A program made the translations under genes and the position numbers. From Nemertoderma westbladi (Eukaryota > Animalia > Xenacoelomorpha), in the NCBI GenBank assembly GCA_032718475.1, contig JAUCBJ010008224.1, positions 16,448 through 80,447 of the forward strand: DNA of 64,000 nt, given 5' to 3'. The notes below the pieces were generated by a model that had not been told where the DNA came from, did not search any database, and saw only the letters and a program-made list of their open reading frames with translations. Shown piece by piece: positions 52,501 through 63,525 of the stretch (positions are counted from its first letter, which is position 1; each line of letters begins with the position of its first letter).

Positions 52501-52515
52501 GTCCCCTAATTTTTT
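52501..52515 (-). other. Polypurine tract
   Basis: The minus strand reads AAAAAATTAGGGGAC immediately before the LTR start TGTATTC. Confidence 0.7.
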
Positions 52516-53867
52516 GTGGTCAAGGACAAACAAAAAATTACCCAAATAGAAATAAGAACAACATGATAGAAATATACAAATTACGAATAGTTTGAAAATA
52601 ATTGTGAAGGCACTTGAAGCGTACATAATATTTACTTACTGTCAAAATCGGATTCAATATAAACAAATATACTTGAAGCGTACATACGTTACAATATCAC
52701 TCTGCTATAAAATCGTATACGTAAACAGGCTTGATATATAGAATTGTACATACAATCAAATACTTCCAAGGCACTAATTAAATTTATAATCGCAATTAGT
52801 ATAAATGACCTCCTTCAACTTAGAACAAGAATATCTAAAAACACTTTTATTTTCAATGGTGAAACATAATTAATCAATAACCATTTGGTTTAGACATACA
52901 CCAGATGACTAGGTGTTACGAAAAAAGTATGTTATATTATATAAACTGCACCAGAAATGACCTAAAGCTGGAGTATAATATTGGTTGTCAATTGAAAATT
53001 TTCAACGCATAGTAATTTTGCTCAGAGAAACAAACAAGTGTTATGAATATATTATTTAATTAAATATTTAATTATTATATTCTTTATTTTATTGGAATGG
53101 AATGGAATGGGACGAACGTCTTCTTCGAGAATCAGTAGTTCCACTTACCTTTATTGATACATTCGAAACGTCAGGAACTGTCTGTGTTACAATTACGATA
53201 CTTACCTCAGGAGATTTCAACGATCTTTAGTAATAGCAACCATGAACCGTAACATTATTATAATTTGTTAATTACCTGATTAATGATAAATGGGCATCCG
53301 TAAATTATTTAACGCCAAAGTTTATACAGTAGGTTTATTTCCTTGCAATCCACGCATACAGTAGAATTCAAATCCAGGGAACATTAAAGTCCTTGTTTTG
53401 ACTTTGGTTGAGGCAGGTTTAATTATAAGGTACTGTAGATTATTGTAGACCAATAGAAAGCCAGTATTCGTTCGTTACTATTGAATGAACCAGCTGTGTT
53501 TACACTACATTACAATAATACTGACATGACGTACTACTACACTAGAGAACGTAGCGCATAATAGGTTTCAATACCTGTACGTACAGTAGTAGTATATTAG
53601 TAATTGTTATTAGTAGTAAATTGTAATAGTACATTAAATACAGTGATAAACGCTATGCAATAGTATGTTACTTTAATTTATAGCCTAATAAATGTAATCG
53701 TAACTCACAATAACGTCAATGTATTTATAAACCGTGTCAAATTATGTCAACATGGACAAGGTGGTGAATTATAATATAATACTAACCATTCAAATTTAAC
53801 TTTGCACAAATTACAAATCAGTCCCCAGTTAAATTGAATGGAATGTGTCAGTGTGACGTAGTATTTG

Positions 53868-56800
53868 TTATTGCCGGGGGATTACTTGGTTGTCTTTAGG
53901 GTTGTCTAAGGCAGCTTCCAACAAACATAGTTTTTGTATTGGGCGGCATAATATCGAAGTAGGCGTTTTTACATGAACAGATCTTACTAAATTATCTGCG
54001 CTAGGTAAAACCTCCGTAATCCGACCCATCTTCCAGTTGTAACGCTTCGTGTTAGGGTCAACAATTAAAACTAAATCTCCTATGACAAAATTGCGACGTG
54101 GTCGTAACCATTTTTGTCTGGTCATAAGACTTTGTAGGTAGGTTTCCTGCCATATTCGCCAATATTGGCTGGCCAAATACTGTGCTTTTCGCATCATCGT
54201 TTTGTAATTTAATTCATGTTCTTCGTAAAGTTCGTGCAATAAAAGATTTGAATTTGGTAAAGCCGTTTTTCTGCGTAGCAGCAGATGATTTGGCGTTAAA
54301 ACTTCATGTGACGTAACGTCATCGTTAAGCGGACAAAGTGGACGGTTGTTAATTAAGTACTGAACCTCCGCTAATGTGGTACGAAGTACCTCTTCTGACA
54401 CTAACTTGTGGTCTATATATCGCTTTGCCATCAGTGCATGGAATGTATTTTTTGTAGTTTTTATGAGTCGCTCCCATACACCTCCGTGATTACTTGCAGT
54501 TGGAGTTTGGAAGTGCCACTCTATTTTTCCTACTATGTCTTCATCTATTCCTTTTTCCTTAGCTTCGGTTACTATTTTTTCCAGTTCAGTTTCACTGCCG
54601 CTAAAATGACTTCCTTGGTCGGAATATATATGTTCTACCCCCGCATGATTACAAATGAATCGTCGAAGGATGCATAATAATGCGTCTGCACTATAGTTTA
54701 GAGATATGTCTAGAACTATGGCTCTGGAACACATGCACGTAAACAATACACCAAATCTCTTGTCGGATCCTCTTCCCCTAGTGACGTATATCGGCCCGAA
54801 TAAATCCACTCCTAGGTTGGTAAAGGGAGGGAGGTAGTCTATGGTTCGAACGAAGGGCAGGGGGGCCATAAGTTGTTGTCCAGGTTTAGAAAGGCGTTTA
54901 CGACACGGGATACACTCGTGCATGATAGTTTTAACTAGTCTACGGAGGGCGATTATCCAGTATTGTTGTCTGACTTTATGAATAGTATAATCTACACCCA
55001 AGTGTCCGTTTTCTTTGTGTATGTCTCGTACAATTACCTTTGTTAAATGGTGTGACGATGGCAATATTATAGGATGAGTAGTATCATAAGTTGAGGTTTG
55101 TGTGAGGCCCAATCTGGAATCCATACGTAGCAAACCGTCCTTGCCAATAATTGGGTTTAACATAGCGATCCCTTTCGGTATTTTCTGTGGTGTGTTATTT
55201 GCAATGGAGTCAAGTATGTCGTTAAATGTAGTTTCTTGAAGCAATCTTATAATTTTTATTTGAGCATCTTGGAAGCATTTTTCATGTAGTCTGTCGTTAC
55301 AAATTACATCGTCAATTGTTTCCCCACGTTTTGCACAGCTTTTGCGGTGATTGTAATATATTTTTTCTAAGAATCGCGACACCACTCGTTTCAAAAGGTT
55401 AAATGCCCCAAATCGGTGTAACAAGTTGTGTACTGATGTTAACGGTTTACTGACATCTGCAGTAGCAATTACTTTCGATTTAGATGTTTTTGCAGGCTTG
55501 ACTGATTTTAAACCGGCTTCCAATGGTATATCTGCATGCTGCATGGGATTAGTCTTTTTAAGTGCGTCTGTCCATTCCTGCTCAGGTTGCCGTAAGAATT
55601 GTGGTCCACGATACCAACAGTCTTGGTATTTGTTGATGAAATCAATCGGTTCGCTACCACGACTAGCTATGTCTGCTGGATTTCTGTTTCCAGGTATGTG
55701 ACGCCATTGTTCTGGAACAGTGTAACGTCGAATCTCTTCGATTCTATTTGCTTCATATGTCTCGAATCTACGCGATTCATTTGCCAACTGACATAATACG
55801 CTTGTAGAATCAGACCAGCATACTATATTTGCAGACAGTATCGGCGAGGTAATGTAATTTACGATTTGTTGATGGCTGCGGACTAACAATATAGCAGCCT
55901 GCAGTTCGAGTCTGGGAACAGATACACGCTTTAGGGGGGCAGTCCTTGTTTTAGAGTACACCATGGCACAAGATATTTGTCCTAAAGGAGATGATTTTCG
56001 TATGTAAGAAATACAGCCATATCCTGAGGTGCTAGCGTCACAAAAATGATGCAACTGTAGTATGTCGTCAGGGTGCGACGTCATATCATAAAAGTAGTGT
56101 CTAGGAATATGCAAGTTGTTTAAATGTTCTAGCTGACCGTACCACTGATCCCATTCGGCTACCAAAATTGGTTCTAGAATACTATCCCAGCCTACTTTTA
56201 GACCCCACAATTTTTGCAGAAACTGCTTCCCTCGAAGGACAACAGGTGAAACTAGTCCCAATGGATCATAAACCGAGGCAACTGCTGCTAGACAGCCTCG
56301 TTTAGTGGGAGGATGCAGCTTAGTCATAGGCTTAAATGTAAAGTTGTCTGTTTCTGGAGACCAACTAATACCTAAGGCTCTAGCTTCTGGTAACTTATCG
56401 AATGCTAAGTTGAGTTCAGAATGCGCTCTTCTATCATCTGGTATGAGCTGGAGGAGTTCTTTAGAATTGGAAATAAACTTGGTTAAAAAAAATCCTCCTA
56501 GCTGAAGGCAGTCAATAATCCCCAAAGCTAAGCGAGAAGCGCGTTGTACAGAGTCTGCTCCAAGCATTCCATCATCAACATAGAAGGCATCCATTATGGC
56601 TTCAGTCACATCCTGGGGAAACTTATTTTTGTTGTCATGCGCTGTTTGGCGTAGGGCATAAGTGGCTGCACAAGGAGAATCCTTCGGACCAAACATATGT
56701 ACCAACATCCGATAAATAATAAGCTCTTCCGGATTCTTGGGTTCTGCGTCTCCTTCCCACCAGATAATATTTTGTGATTGTGAGTCCCGGTCGTATGTTC

Positions 56801-59800
56801 TTACCTGATGGAACATGCTTTTTACGTCGCATGCAAATGCAATCCTGTGTCGTCTGAAATTTAAGAGAACCTTAACAACACTGTTATAAATATTGGGTCC
56901 CTCCATAAGCTCGCTGTTTAGACTCATTCCCTTATAGGAAGCTGCAGCATCATTTACAATACGGATGCTACCGGGTTTGTTTGGATTCCAAACGGGGTGA
57001 GTGGGAACATAATATGTCCTGGGACCTTCTGGTAATAATCTCTCAGCCAGAGTGAGTCTCCTAGCATATCCTTTAGCTTCGTAGTCATCGAAGACTGCCT
57101 GATATTGAATATGTTCTATGGGACTCTTTGCCAGTTTCCTTTTGATCCATCTAAGTCGACTTAAGGCCAATGGCTTGTTGTTAATAAGAGATTTGTCCCT
57201 ATTTAGCCACAACTTTTCGACATAATAATGACCATCAGTTAATTTTGTGCTTTCCTTTAAAATCTTTTCACATTTATGGTCTTGTACTGATTTGTTATCT
57301 AGACGGGTAGGGCAATAATATGCCTCTGAGTCAAAAAACTTTTTTAGTTGATCATGTATAGTTTCATCCCCGGGAAAGTTATATAATCTCCACGGACAGC
57401 ATTCTACATGATGAATGTCAAAGGTCTGTCTACTTGTCGATTGTCTGTCATGTGAAAGGTAGTCTACTGGAACGCCAGGATCATTCCGTAAATCCCATTT
57501 AAATGGTTGGGGTGCACCTTCTGCGTGTTCAATAAAATCATATTTCGAACTGTTTTCTGGTAAGCAAGTATTAATTTCAACATTTGGACGCGGTATGGCG
57601 GTGGAATTGTCGGCAGCTAATGTTGTTTCTGATTTCATATCACATGTAGTGAGTGGCCCAACGAGAGTCCAACCAAAGGGAGTCTTGATTGCATGAGGGT
57701 TATTTTCCTCATCATAAGGAGTAGGTCCCCATACAGTCTTACTAACTTTATGGGCCAAAGGATTATTTATCCCAATTAAAATAGATATACGATTAATGTC
57801 GACAATGGGATAATTGAGATTTATATTTCTTAAGTAAGTTAAACCGTTGAGAGAAAACTTACTTGGTCTGGCATAAGTTAAATGAAGGTCCGGCATCAAC
57901 ATCACATCCTTAAGGGACAGAACAATGTTTCCTTCCTGAAGGATTGATCTGACAATACAGTTGCCTTGTCCAATTGTCTTGTTTTGATCTTTTGTCAATA
58001 TAGTATTGAGGGCCACATCAACAGAATGAGTCTGTATATTTAAATACTGTCCAACAGTCTTATCTATAAAGGTCCCCGTAGATCCCTCATCCAGTAGTGC
58101 AAGGGTGGTGAGTCTCTGCCCAGTGGTGGGACTCTCGATCTCCAAAGGAATAACTCGTAGAAAGACTGCTTTAATGTCTAGAGTCAGCGGTGCTATATCG
58201 TGGTTCATAGTCATTGTAGCTACTTGTTTGTACAACTTATGATCTGGGGTGGTTGTAGATCCTATAAATCGGCTAAATTTAATTGATCGATCTGATTTGC
58301 TATCTCTCTGTAATGCATAATAATTTTTAATAAGATTGTCTGTGTCATCATCTGTCTTTCCTGGTTCCGGGTGTAGTACTCTAGCATGTCGTCTACCACA
58401 CCCATTAATTGTGCATCTGTACTTTGACGTACACTTTTTCCGCCAATGTCCCTTTCTTAAACACAATGTACATAGTTTTTGGTCAATGATAAGGTCATAG
58501 CAGTCATCTCTACCAAGGTTTTGTAATTTTATGCATTGGGTTAAGGGGTGGGCCCCTTTACAACATATGCAGTAAGATGAGGATTCAGACGCCAGAGCAT
58601 TAACATCAACCTGTATGTCGTCAAAGTCCATAGGAGAATCATCGTGAACGTGAGTAACCATTTCGTGGATGATTGAATCTCCAACCTCAGAGGATCGCTC
58701 CTCTGTGGCAAATGCATTTGTCACATGGAAATTTTCCATTGTACTGGTGGCTTTGGGTTCTATGGGAGGTCTATAAGCGAATCCTTTGAACCTATCACCC
58801 ATTTTACACCTTAAAATTTGTTCTGCAGCCTGTGGTCCATATAATGGACAGGTTGCAATACTTGCTTCCTTGTCCAAAAATTGGACTAACTCAGGCATAC
58901 CCGGATCTATTCCTTGTTTTAGTCGGAACTTATACACATATACAGCCCACTTAGTCCGTATAGAATTAGACAAATTTGCTGCAACTTGCTGAATGAAGTC
59001 GGGGTTGTTTACGTAGGCATAACAATTTAAGCTCTGCAAAATATCCATGGTTCGTCTCACATCATGTGAATATTTTAACAGCTCTTTGGGAGATGCTATG
59101 GGGTACCTGCACCTGGTAACGTCAGCCACAACGGCTTTCATTACAGTAGCCGGCTGCCCATATCTTCTTTCCAGGGTGTTCCATGCCTGGGCGTATCCAT
59201 TGGGCATGCCCTCATAATGCTCTATCATGTCAAGAGGGTCCCCTCTGACGTAAGTTATTAAGTATCTAAGCTTCACATCATCGGGTACATCTTTCATATC
59301 TACCTGGGTTCGAAACCTGTTCTTAAATCCCAAGAATTTTTTGGGATCACCCGTGAATGGAGTTGGGTCTAATTTGGGGGCTTCCAATGATAAGGCTAAT
59401 TTCTCAAATAATGCATGCTGTTGATACGCTGTTGGATGATCACAATGGGGTTGTGTTCGATTATGTCGCCACCCTTTATTTATGGATCTATTGCTATTTT
59501 TGCTGCTATTATTTAATGAGTCATCGTCTGAAGGACCATCGGGGTCAGGGTCGGGGTCATCATCAGGATCGTCAGGCCCATTGGGTTGAGAATCTCGGGG
59601 GTTATAAGGATCCCGGTAAGGACGACCATTGTTGCCTGAGTTACGATCCCCATCTGGGTCTCTGTCTGGATATTCAGGATCGACAGCTCTGCGTCTCCCC
59701 ATCATGCCTGAATTTAATGGCACCTGTAGGTGTGATTTCTCAGCGTGGTAACGGCTAGGGCCACTGCCACCAAACCCATAATTATTTGAGGATTCCCGTT

Positions 59801-62543
59801 CTGATGGATTCACTAAGGGCTGAGTATCTGCCCATTGGTGAGTGCTGTGTGGTTCGGCGTAAAATGACCCCCCTCGTGGTCCCCGTGACACTTGGAATGC
59901 TTCAGTGTGTATAGGCTGGTTTCTATGCCGGGATTCAATGGGTGGGTTGAGTATATTGGAATAGTCGATTTTTCTATATGCTCCAGGCACACATGACTGG
60001 TTTCGCAACGGTGTCTGTGCAATAGAAAACCGCGGGGTTGTTGTGCCTGCTTTAGAAACAATGCGCTCCCTTACTTTATCAATTTTTTGGGTCCCGGTAG
60101 CAAAATCAGTACGAGTCTGGGTTTCCATGATTGGGGTACTCGCATGCTGCACCAGATGTTCGACAGCTGTGTTGATACTAGTAAGAACTTCAGTTAGTTG
60201 TTGATGTGTCACTGGACGATCTTCAGGGATCGACGGCATAGCTTTATTTTCAAAACCGCTGGTCTTAAAATTACCCCCACCCTTTTTAAAAATTCTTGTA
60301 TTTTGAGGTTGAGAAAGGCACGGATGGAGAGATTCCATCTCATCCGACCACTCCTCCTCAGAGTCAGTAGCTAATTTATTAAACCTCCTGCTGGAAGTAG
60401 GACATTTTGTACTGGCCAATGGTTCTATATGACAATGAGTGTATTTATTCGCTATTTGATGTAAATTCACCGTGGGCGGGATATCTACAGTAGAAGGAAT
60501 ATGTACTGTAGATGGAATATCTACAGTAGAAGGAATATCTACAGTAGAAGGAATACGTCCTGTAGATGGAATATCTGCAGTGGAAGGAATATCTACAGTA
60601 GAAGGAATATCTACAGTAGAAGGAATACGTACTGTAGATGGAATATCTGCAGTAGAAGGAATATCTACAGTAGAAGGAATACGTACTGTAGATGGAATAT
60701 CTGCAGTAGAAGGAATATCTACAGTAGAAGGAATACGTACTGTAGTGGAAGGAATATCTACAGTAGAAGGAATACGTACTGTAGTGGAAGGAATATCTAC
60801 AGTAGAAGGAATACGTACTGTAGATGGAATATCTGCAGTGGAAGGAATATCTACAGTAGAAGGAATACGTACTGTAGATGGGATATCATAGTCTAATAAA
60901 GTGTTAGAACTCTGTCTAGAGTTATTCAGAATACGGCTGTCAGGATACAGAATTTCACAATTTGTGGATAATTCCACCAATGACATTGGTGGTGCCTCCA
61001 GGTCTACAAAGGCATCTGTTTCCAAGGCGTTATGCACACTGGTTTCCAGACGCTGCCTGTAGTCATCGTGCTGACTCCGGTAACGTGCATGTTGCAAATC
61101 AATTTCTTCTTTGCGTCTGTTTGCTCGTTCCGATATTTCAGCTTTCTTCAAAAGCTCCCTCTCGACTCGTTCCACCTCTTCCTTCCTTTGCCGAGCCCGC
61201 CGCTCAATTTCTCTTATCTTCTGCTTAGCTTGCCATACTCTTTGCTGCTCGTCTTCCTCTGCCTCATGCAGAGCCTGTCGTTCAGCTTCCTTTCGCCGTT
61301 CGATCTCACTTCTCTTCTGCTTAGCTAGCCATACTCTTTGCTGCTCGTCTTCCTCTGCCTCATGCAGAGCCTGTCGTTCAGCTTCCTTTCGCCGTTCGAT
61401 CTCCCTTCTCTTCTGTTTAGCTAGCCTTACTCTTTGCTGCTCGTCTTCCTCTGCATCATGCAAAGCTTGGCGTTCAGCTTCCTTGGCATGCTCGATACGA
61501 TCAGCCGCCTGGGAAACCAGAAGCTCATTCTCCAGTTGTCTGTTTTCTCTCTCTGCAGAATGTAACAGGCGCAAAGCCTCCTCAGCTTGTCGATTTGCCA
61601 ATATCGATATATTTCCCTCTGCTAGCCTTCTAAGTCTAGCTGATTTTGTGGAACTAGTCCTAGAAATATTAGATGTTACAGCTGACAGTCTACCGATACT
61701 ACCGCCCCCCTCTGGTTCAATTTCAGTTCGGTGTAGTCTAGACCTCTGGGTAATTAAATTTGGAGACAGTAAGTCTGAGGTCGTGTCGTGCTGTCGTGTT
61801 ACTGGATTTATATGAGTAGGACGAGGAATGGAAGAGAAAGGCATTGGAAATTTATCCCATGTTAATGATTGTGCCGGACTATGGATTACCCTAGCTGTTC
61901 CTGTACTCACCTCCGACACCTCAACTACAGGATCTACATGGTGTGAACTTGCCCAGTTTACTAACTCTTGATACCTACCACGACAACTTACGTGTTTCGA
62001 ATAAGCTTGTTGGAATTCGTTAGCATTTCCTCCTTCAGTCTCATAATAAAGCGACTGCTTCCGATATTGTTTTAGAACCTGGTCCCATCTGGTATTCATT
62101 CTATCCAGCTTTCTAAGAAATTCTTCACTGCACTCACCTGGATTAGTTGTTCTAATTCGCTGCTCCAATTCCAATATATCGGCATTCATGTTGTGATAAA
62201 GTTGTCCCAGACTACGGTTGATAGCCGCAATGTCGATGGTGTTCGTAGCTGATCTAGGATGATTTGAGAGTCGAGACGGACGAGTTCTTTCAGTATTGAG
62301 ACCGTCCCCGGGCCCGGCAGCAGCGGTTTGGCGTAGCGATTCCCGGTTAGAAGTCGGCTCACGAATAAGAGTTTCATTGAGAGACATTATGCTCCCTCCG
62401 ATCGATATATTGTCATCGCTTGGTATGTTGGGCACATTTCTTGACTCCTCCATTTCCCTTTGTGGGCTTAAAGGAAGATTCATGATAGGCTGACCATCCG
62501 TAGAAGGGATGGGATCTAGTCTAGGGGGTGTATGATTTGACAT
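53868..62543 (-). CDS. BEL/Pao gag-pol polyprotein, 2891 aa (Gag, 3 zinc knuckles, aspartic protease, RT, RNase H, integrase)
   Basis: Gag PKLDPTPFTGDPKKFLGFKNRF..KLRYL. Knuckles CICCKGAHPLTQC, CTLCLRKGHWRKKC and CTINGCGRRHARVLH (~58370-58575). Protease ALLDEGSTGTFI (~58090). RT IRIVNDAAA, ACDVKSMFHQV and FYVDDG (~56575). Pao-type RNase H HHFCDAS, VPRLELQAA, WSDS and NPADIASRG. Integrase H-H-CIPC, GVDLFGP, YSDQG and GGVWERLIK, with the BEL C-terminal W..YL..L..RQKW...RPIQKLCLL. No stops or frameshifts. Confidence 0.97.
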   Translation of the reverse strand: MSNHTPPRLDPIPSTDGQPIMNLPLSPQREMEESRNVPNIPSDDNISIGGSIMSLNETLIREPTSNRESLRQTAAAGPGDGLNTERTRPSRLSNHPRSATNTIDIAAINRSLGQLYHNMNADILELEQRIRTTNPGECSEEFLRKLDRMNTRWDQVLKQYRKQSLYYETEGGNANEFQQAYSKHVSCRGRYQELVNWASSHHVDPVVEVSEVSTGTARVIHSPAQSLTWDKFPMPFSSIPRPTHINPVTRQHDTTSDLLSPNLITQRSRLHRTEIEPEGGGSIGRLSAVTSNISRTSSTKSARLRRLAEGNISILANRQAEEALRLLHSAERENRQLENELLVSQAADRIEHAKEAERQALHDAEEDEQQRVRLAKQKRREIERRKEAERQALHEAEEDEQQRVWLAKQKRSEIERRKEAERQALHEAEEDEQQRVWQAKQKIREIERRARQRKEEVERVERELLKKAEISERANRRKEEIDLQHARYRSQHDDYRQRLETSVHNALETDAFVDLEAPPMSLVELSTNCEILYPDSRILNNSRQSSNTLLDYDIPSTVRIPSTVDIPSTADIPSTVRIPSTVDIPSTTVRIPSTVDIPSTTVRIPSTVDIPSTADIPSTVRIPSTVDIPSTADIPSTVRIPSTVDIPSTVDIPSTADIPSTGRIPSTVDIPSTVDIPSTVHIPSTVDIPPTVNLHQIANKYTHCHIEPLASTKCPTSSRRFNKLATDSEEEWSDEMESLHPCLSQPQNTRIFKKGGGNFKTSGFENKAMPSIPEDRPVTHQQLTEVLTSINTAVEHLVQHASTPIMETQTRTDFATGTQKIDKVRERIVSKAGTTTPRFSIAQTPLRNQSCVPGAYRKIDYSNILNPPIESRHRNQPIHTEAFQVSRGPRGGSFYAEPHSTHQWADTQPLVNPSERESSNNYGFGGSGPSRYHAEKSHLQVPLNSGMMGRRRAVDPEYPDRDPDGDRNSGNNGRPYRDPYNPRDSQPNGPDDPDDDPDPDPDGPSDDDSLNNSSKNSNRSINKGWRHNRTQPHCDHPTAYQQHALFEKLALSLEAPKLDPTPFTGDPKKFLGFKNRFRTQVDMKDVPDDVKLRYLITYVRGDPLDMIEHYEGMPNGYAQAWNTLERRYGQPATVMKAVVADVTRCRYPIASPKELLKYSHDVRRTMDILQSLNCYAYVNNPDFIQQVAANLSNSIRTKWAVYVYKFRLKQGIDPGMPELVQFLDKEASIATCPLYGPQAAEQILRCKMGDRFKGFAYRPPIEPKATSTMENFHVTNAFATEERSSEVGDSIIHEMVTHVHDDSPMDFDDIQVDVNALASESSSYCICCKGAHPLTQCIKLQNLGRDDCYDLIIDQKLCTLCLRKGHWRKKCTSKYRCTINGCGRRHARVLHPEPGKTDDDTDNLIKNYYALQRDSKSDRSIKFSRFIGSTTTPDHKLYKQVATMTMNHDIAPLTLDIKAVFLRVIPLEIESPTTGQRLTTLALLDEGSTGTFIDKTVGQYLNIQTHSVDVALNTILTKDQNKTIGQGNCIVRSILQEGNIVLSLKDVMLMPDLHLTYARPSKFSLNGLTYLRNINLNYPIVDINRISILIGINNPLAHKVSKTVWGPTPYDEENNPHAIKTPFGWTLVGPLTTCDMKSETTLAADNSTAIPRPNVEINTCLPENSSKYDFIEHAEGAPQPFKWDLRNDPGVPVDYLSHDRQSTSRQTFDIHHVECCPWRLYNFPGDETIHDQLKKFFDSEAYYCPTRLDNKSVQDHKCEKILKESTKLTDGHYYVEKLWLNRDKSLINNKPLALSRLRWIKRKLAKSPIEHIQYQAVFDDYEAKGYARRLTLAERLLPEGPRTYYVPTHPVWNPNKPGSIRIVNDAAASYKGMSLNSELMEGPNIYNSVVKVLLNFRRHRIAFACDVKSMFHQVRTYDRDSQSQNIIWWEGDAEPKNPEELIIYRMLVHMFGPKDSPCAATYALRQTAHDNKNKFPQDVTEAIMDAFYVDDGMLGADSVQRASRLALGIIDCLQLGGFFLTKFISNSKELLQLIPDDRRAHSELNLAFDKLPEARALGISWSPETDNFTFKPMTKLHPPTKRGCLAAVASVYDPLGLVSPVVLRGKQFLQKLWGLKVGWDSILEPILVAEWDQWYGQLEHLNNLHIPRHYFYDMTSHPDDILQLHHFCDASTSGYGCISYIRKSSPLGQISCAMVYSKTRTAPLKRVSVPRLELQAAILLVRSHQQIVNYITSPILSANIVCWSDSTSVLCQLANESRRFETYEANRIEEIRRYTVPEQWRHIPGNRNPADIASRGSEPIDFINKYQDCWYRGPQFLRQPEQEWTDALKKTNPMQHADIPLEAGLKSVKPAKTSKSKVIATADVSKPLTSVHNLLHRFGAFNLLKRVVSRFLEKIYYNHRKSCAKRGETIDDVICNDRLHEKCFQDAQIKIIRLLQETTFNDILDSIANNTPQKIPKGIAMLNPIIGKDGLLRMDSRLGLTQTSTYDTTHPIILPSSHHLTKVIVRDIHKENGHLGVDYTIHKVRQQYWIIALRRLVKTIMHECIPCRKRLSKPGQQLMAPLPFVRTIDYLPPFTNLGVDLFGPIYVTRGRGSDKRFGVLFTCMCSRAIVLDISLNYSADALLCILRRFICNHAGVEHIYSDQGSHFSGSETELEKIVTEAKEKGIDEDIVGKIEWHFQTPTASNHGGVWERLIKTTKNTFHALMAKRYIDHKLVSEEVLRTTLAEVQYLINNRPLCPLNDDVTSHEVLTPNHLLLRRKTALPNSNLLLHELYEEHELNYKTMMRKAQYLASQYWRIWQETYLQSLMTRQKWLRPRRNFVIGDLVLIVDPNTKRYNWKMGRITEVLPSADNLVRSVHVKTPTSILCRPIQKLCLLEAALDNPKDNQVIPRQ
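60474..60886 (-). repeat. In-frame 18/21-bp tandem repeat encoding (D/R)IPST(V/A), ~22 units
   Basis: GGAATATCTACAGTAGAA and GGAATACGTACTGTAGAT units; the protein reads DIPSTVRIPSTVDIPSTA... Confidence 0.95.
61199..61483 (-). repeat. In-frame 96-bp tandem repeat x3 encoding a charged 32-aa coiled-coil-like unit
   Basis: TTCAGCTTCC recurs at 61281, 61377 and 61473; the unit is EAERQALHEAEEDEQQRVWLAKQKRSEIERRK. Confidence 0.93.
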
Positions 62544-63317
62544 TATTTTATTGAAATTATATTTCTTTACTTAGTTTGACTTAGTTATTTAAAATTTGTC
62601 CACTTTGATGTTTCTCGAATTTAAATTTAAAATTAAATTTAAATTATATTCCGTGGTATCTAAAATGTATAAAATTAACACTGCAATTGGCAACCTGTAG
62701 AACAAATGAATACCTACAGTAAATAAAGGAAAAATAACCTGTAGTATTAAAATATAATTAACTTATAAATCGAGATGACACCAAGTTAGTAGTCATCAAA
62801 CCAAACCAGTCTAGATTTGGCTCTATGGGGCGCTATACGCGGATATTTAAAACTATGGATCACTATTTATACGTTACTTATTAGCTTCAGTGGTGCCTTC
62901 ACTAATAATATGTTAAGTGATATAAATCAAATTATAACCAAAAAAAATAGAAATAAATTATAATACGAGGTTCAAACCTGACCCCGGTCCCAAAATACAC
63001 CTGGTTTGTAATGGAGACACTTTACAAATCAGGGGTGAACGTAGAAGTACCTTCTCACCCTCCGACGTCGCGTGGCGATAAATCTTCTTGCAAACTCAAA
63101 CCTGGCCCAAGAGAGAGTCCCTGCCCTACCAAGTCATCGGTCCCCGAGACCGATTCATGTTCAAATAGAGCCCACCGACAAAGAAGGAAAAGGTAAGACT
63201 AGACGTTGAGAGTCAGGAAAGCATAGAAAAATATAACCTACAGTTGTAATAATTGCACCACAATTAAAACAGAAAGTTATACTTATCGTTAGTTTTCCTT
63301 CGCCTCCGATAGAAGAT

Positions 63318-63482
63318 GAGAGTTTGAAAACTTGAGAGTTTGAGAACTTGAGAAACTTGAGAACTTTATGAACTTCAGAGAATTTGGAGACTTTTGAGAG
63401 CGTGATACACTTGAGAATGTTGTTAACTTCAGAGAACTTTGAAAACTTGGAGAACTTCAGATTGTGAGAAACTTGAGAACTG
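63318..63482. repeat. Degenerate 9-11-bp tandem repeat (AACTTGAGA) in the retrotransposon 5' leader
   Basis: Repeated AACTTGAGA, AACTTCAGA and AACTTTGA units. Confidence 0.8.
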
Positions 63483-63512
63483 TTCAACTGTTAAATTCAC
63501 TGTTCCAGTAGC

Positions 63513-63525
63513 CCATTAAATTCAC
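63513..63525 (-). other. Primer-binding-site position, non-tRNA type (GTGAATTTAATGG), complementary to LTR 63663-63675
   Basis: Directly follows the ...ATACA end of the 5' LTR on the element strand. It lacks the TGG start of tRNA PBSs and is an exact 13-nt inverted repeat of an LTR-internal segment. Confidence 0.65.

Noticed and set aside
54408-62493. Plus-strand and alternate-frame ORFs overlapping the polyprotein (e.g. 61111-61815, 60472-60891)
   Set aside because: They are antisense or frame shadows of the coding repeats, with no independent motifs.
63161-63487. 108-aa ORF in the retrotransposon leader (FSKFSKFSEV...)
   Set aside because: It has a TTG start and is mostly a translation of the AACTTGAGA repeat.
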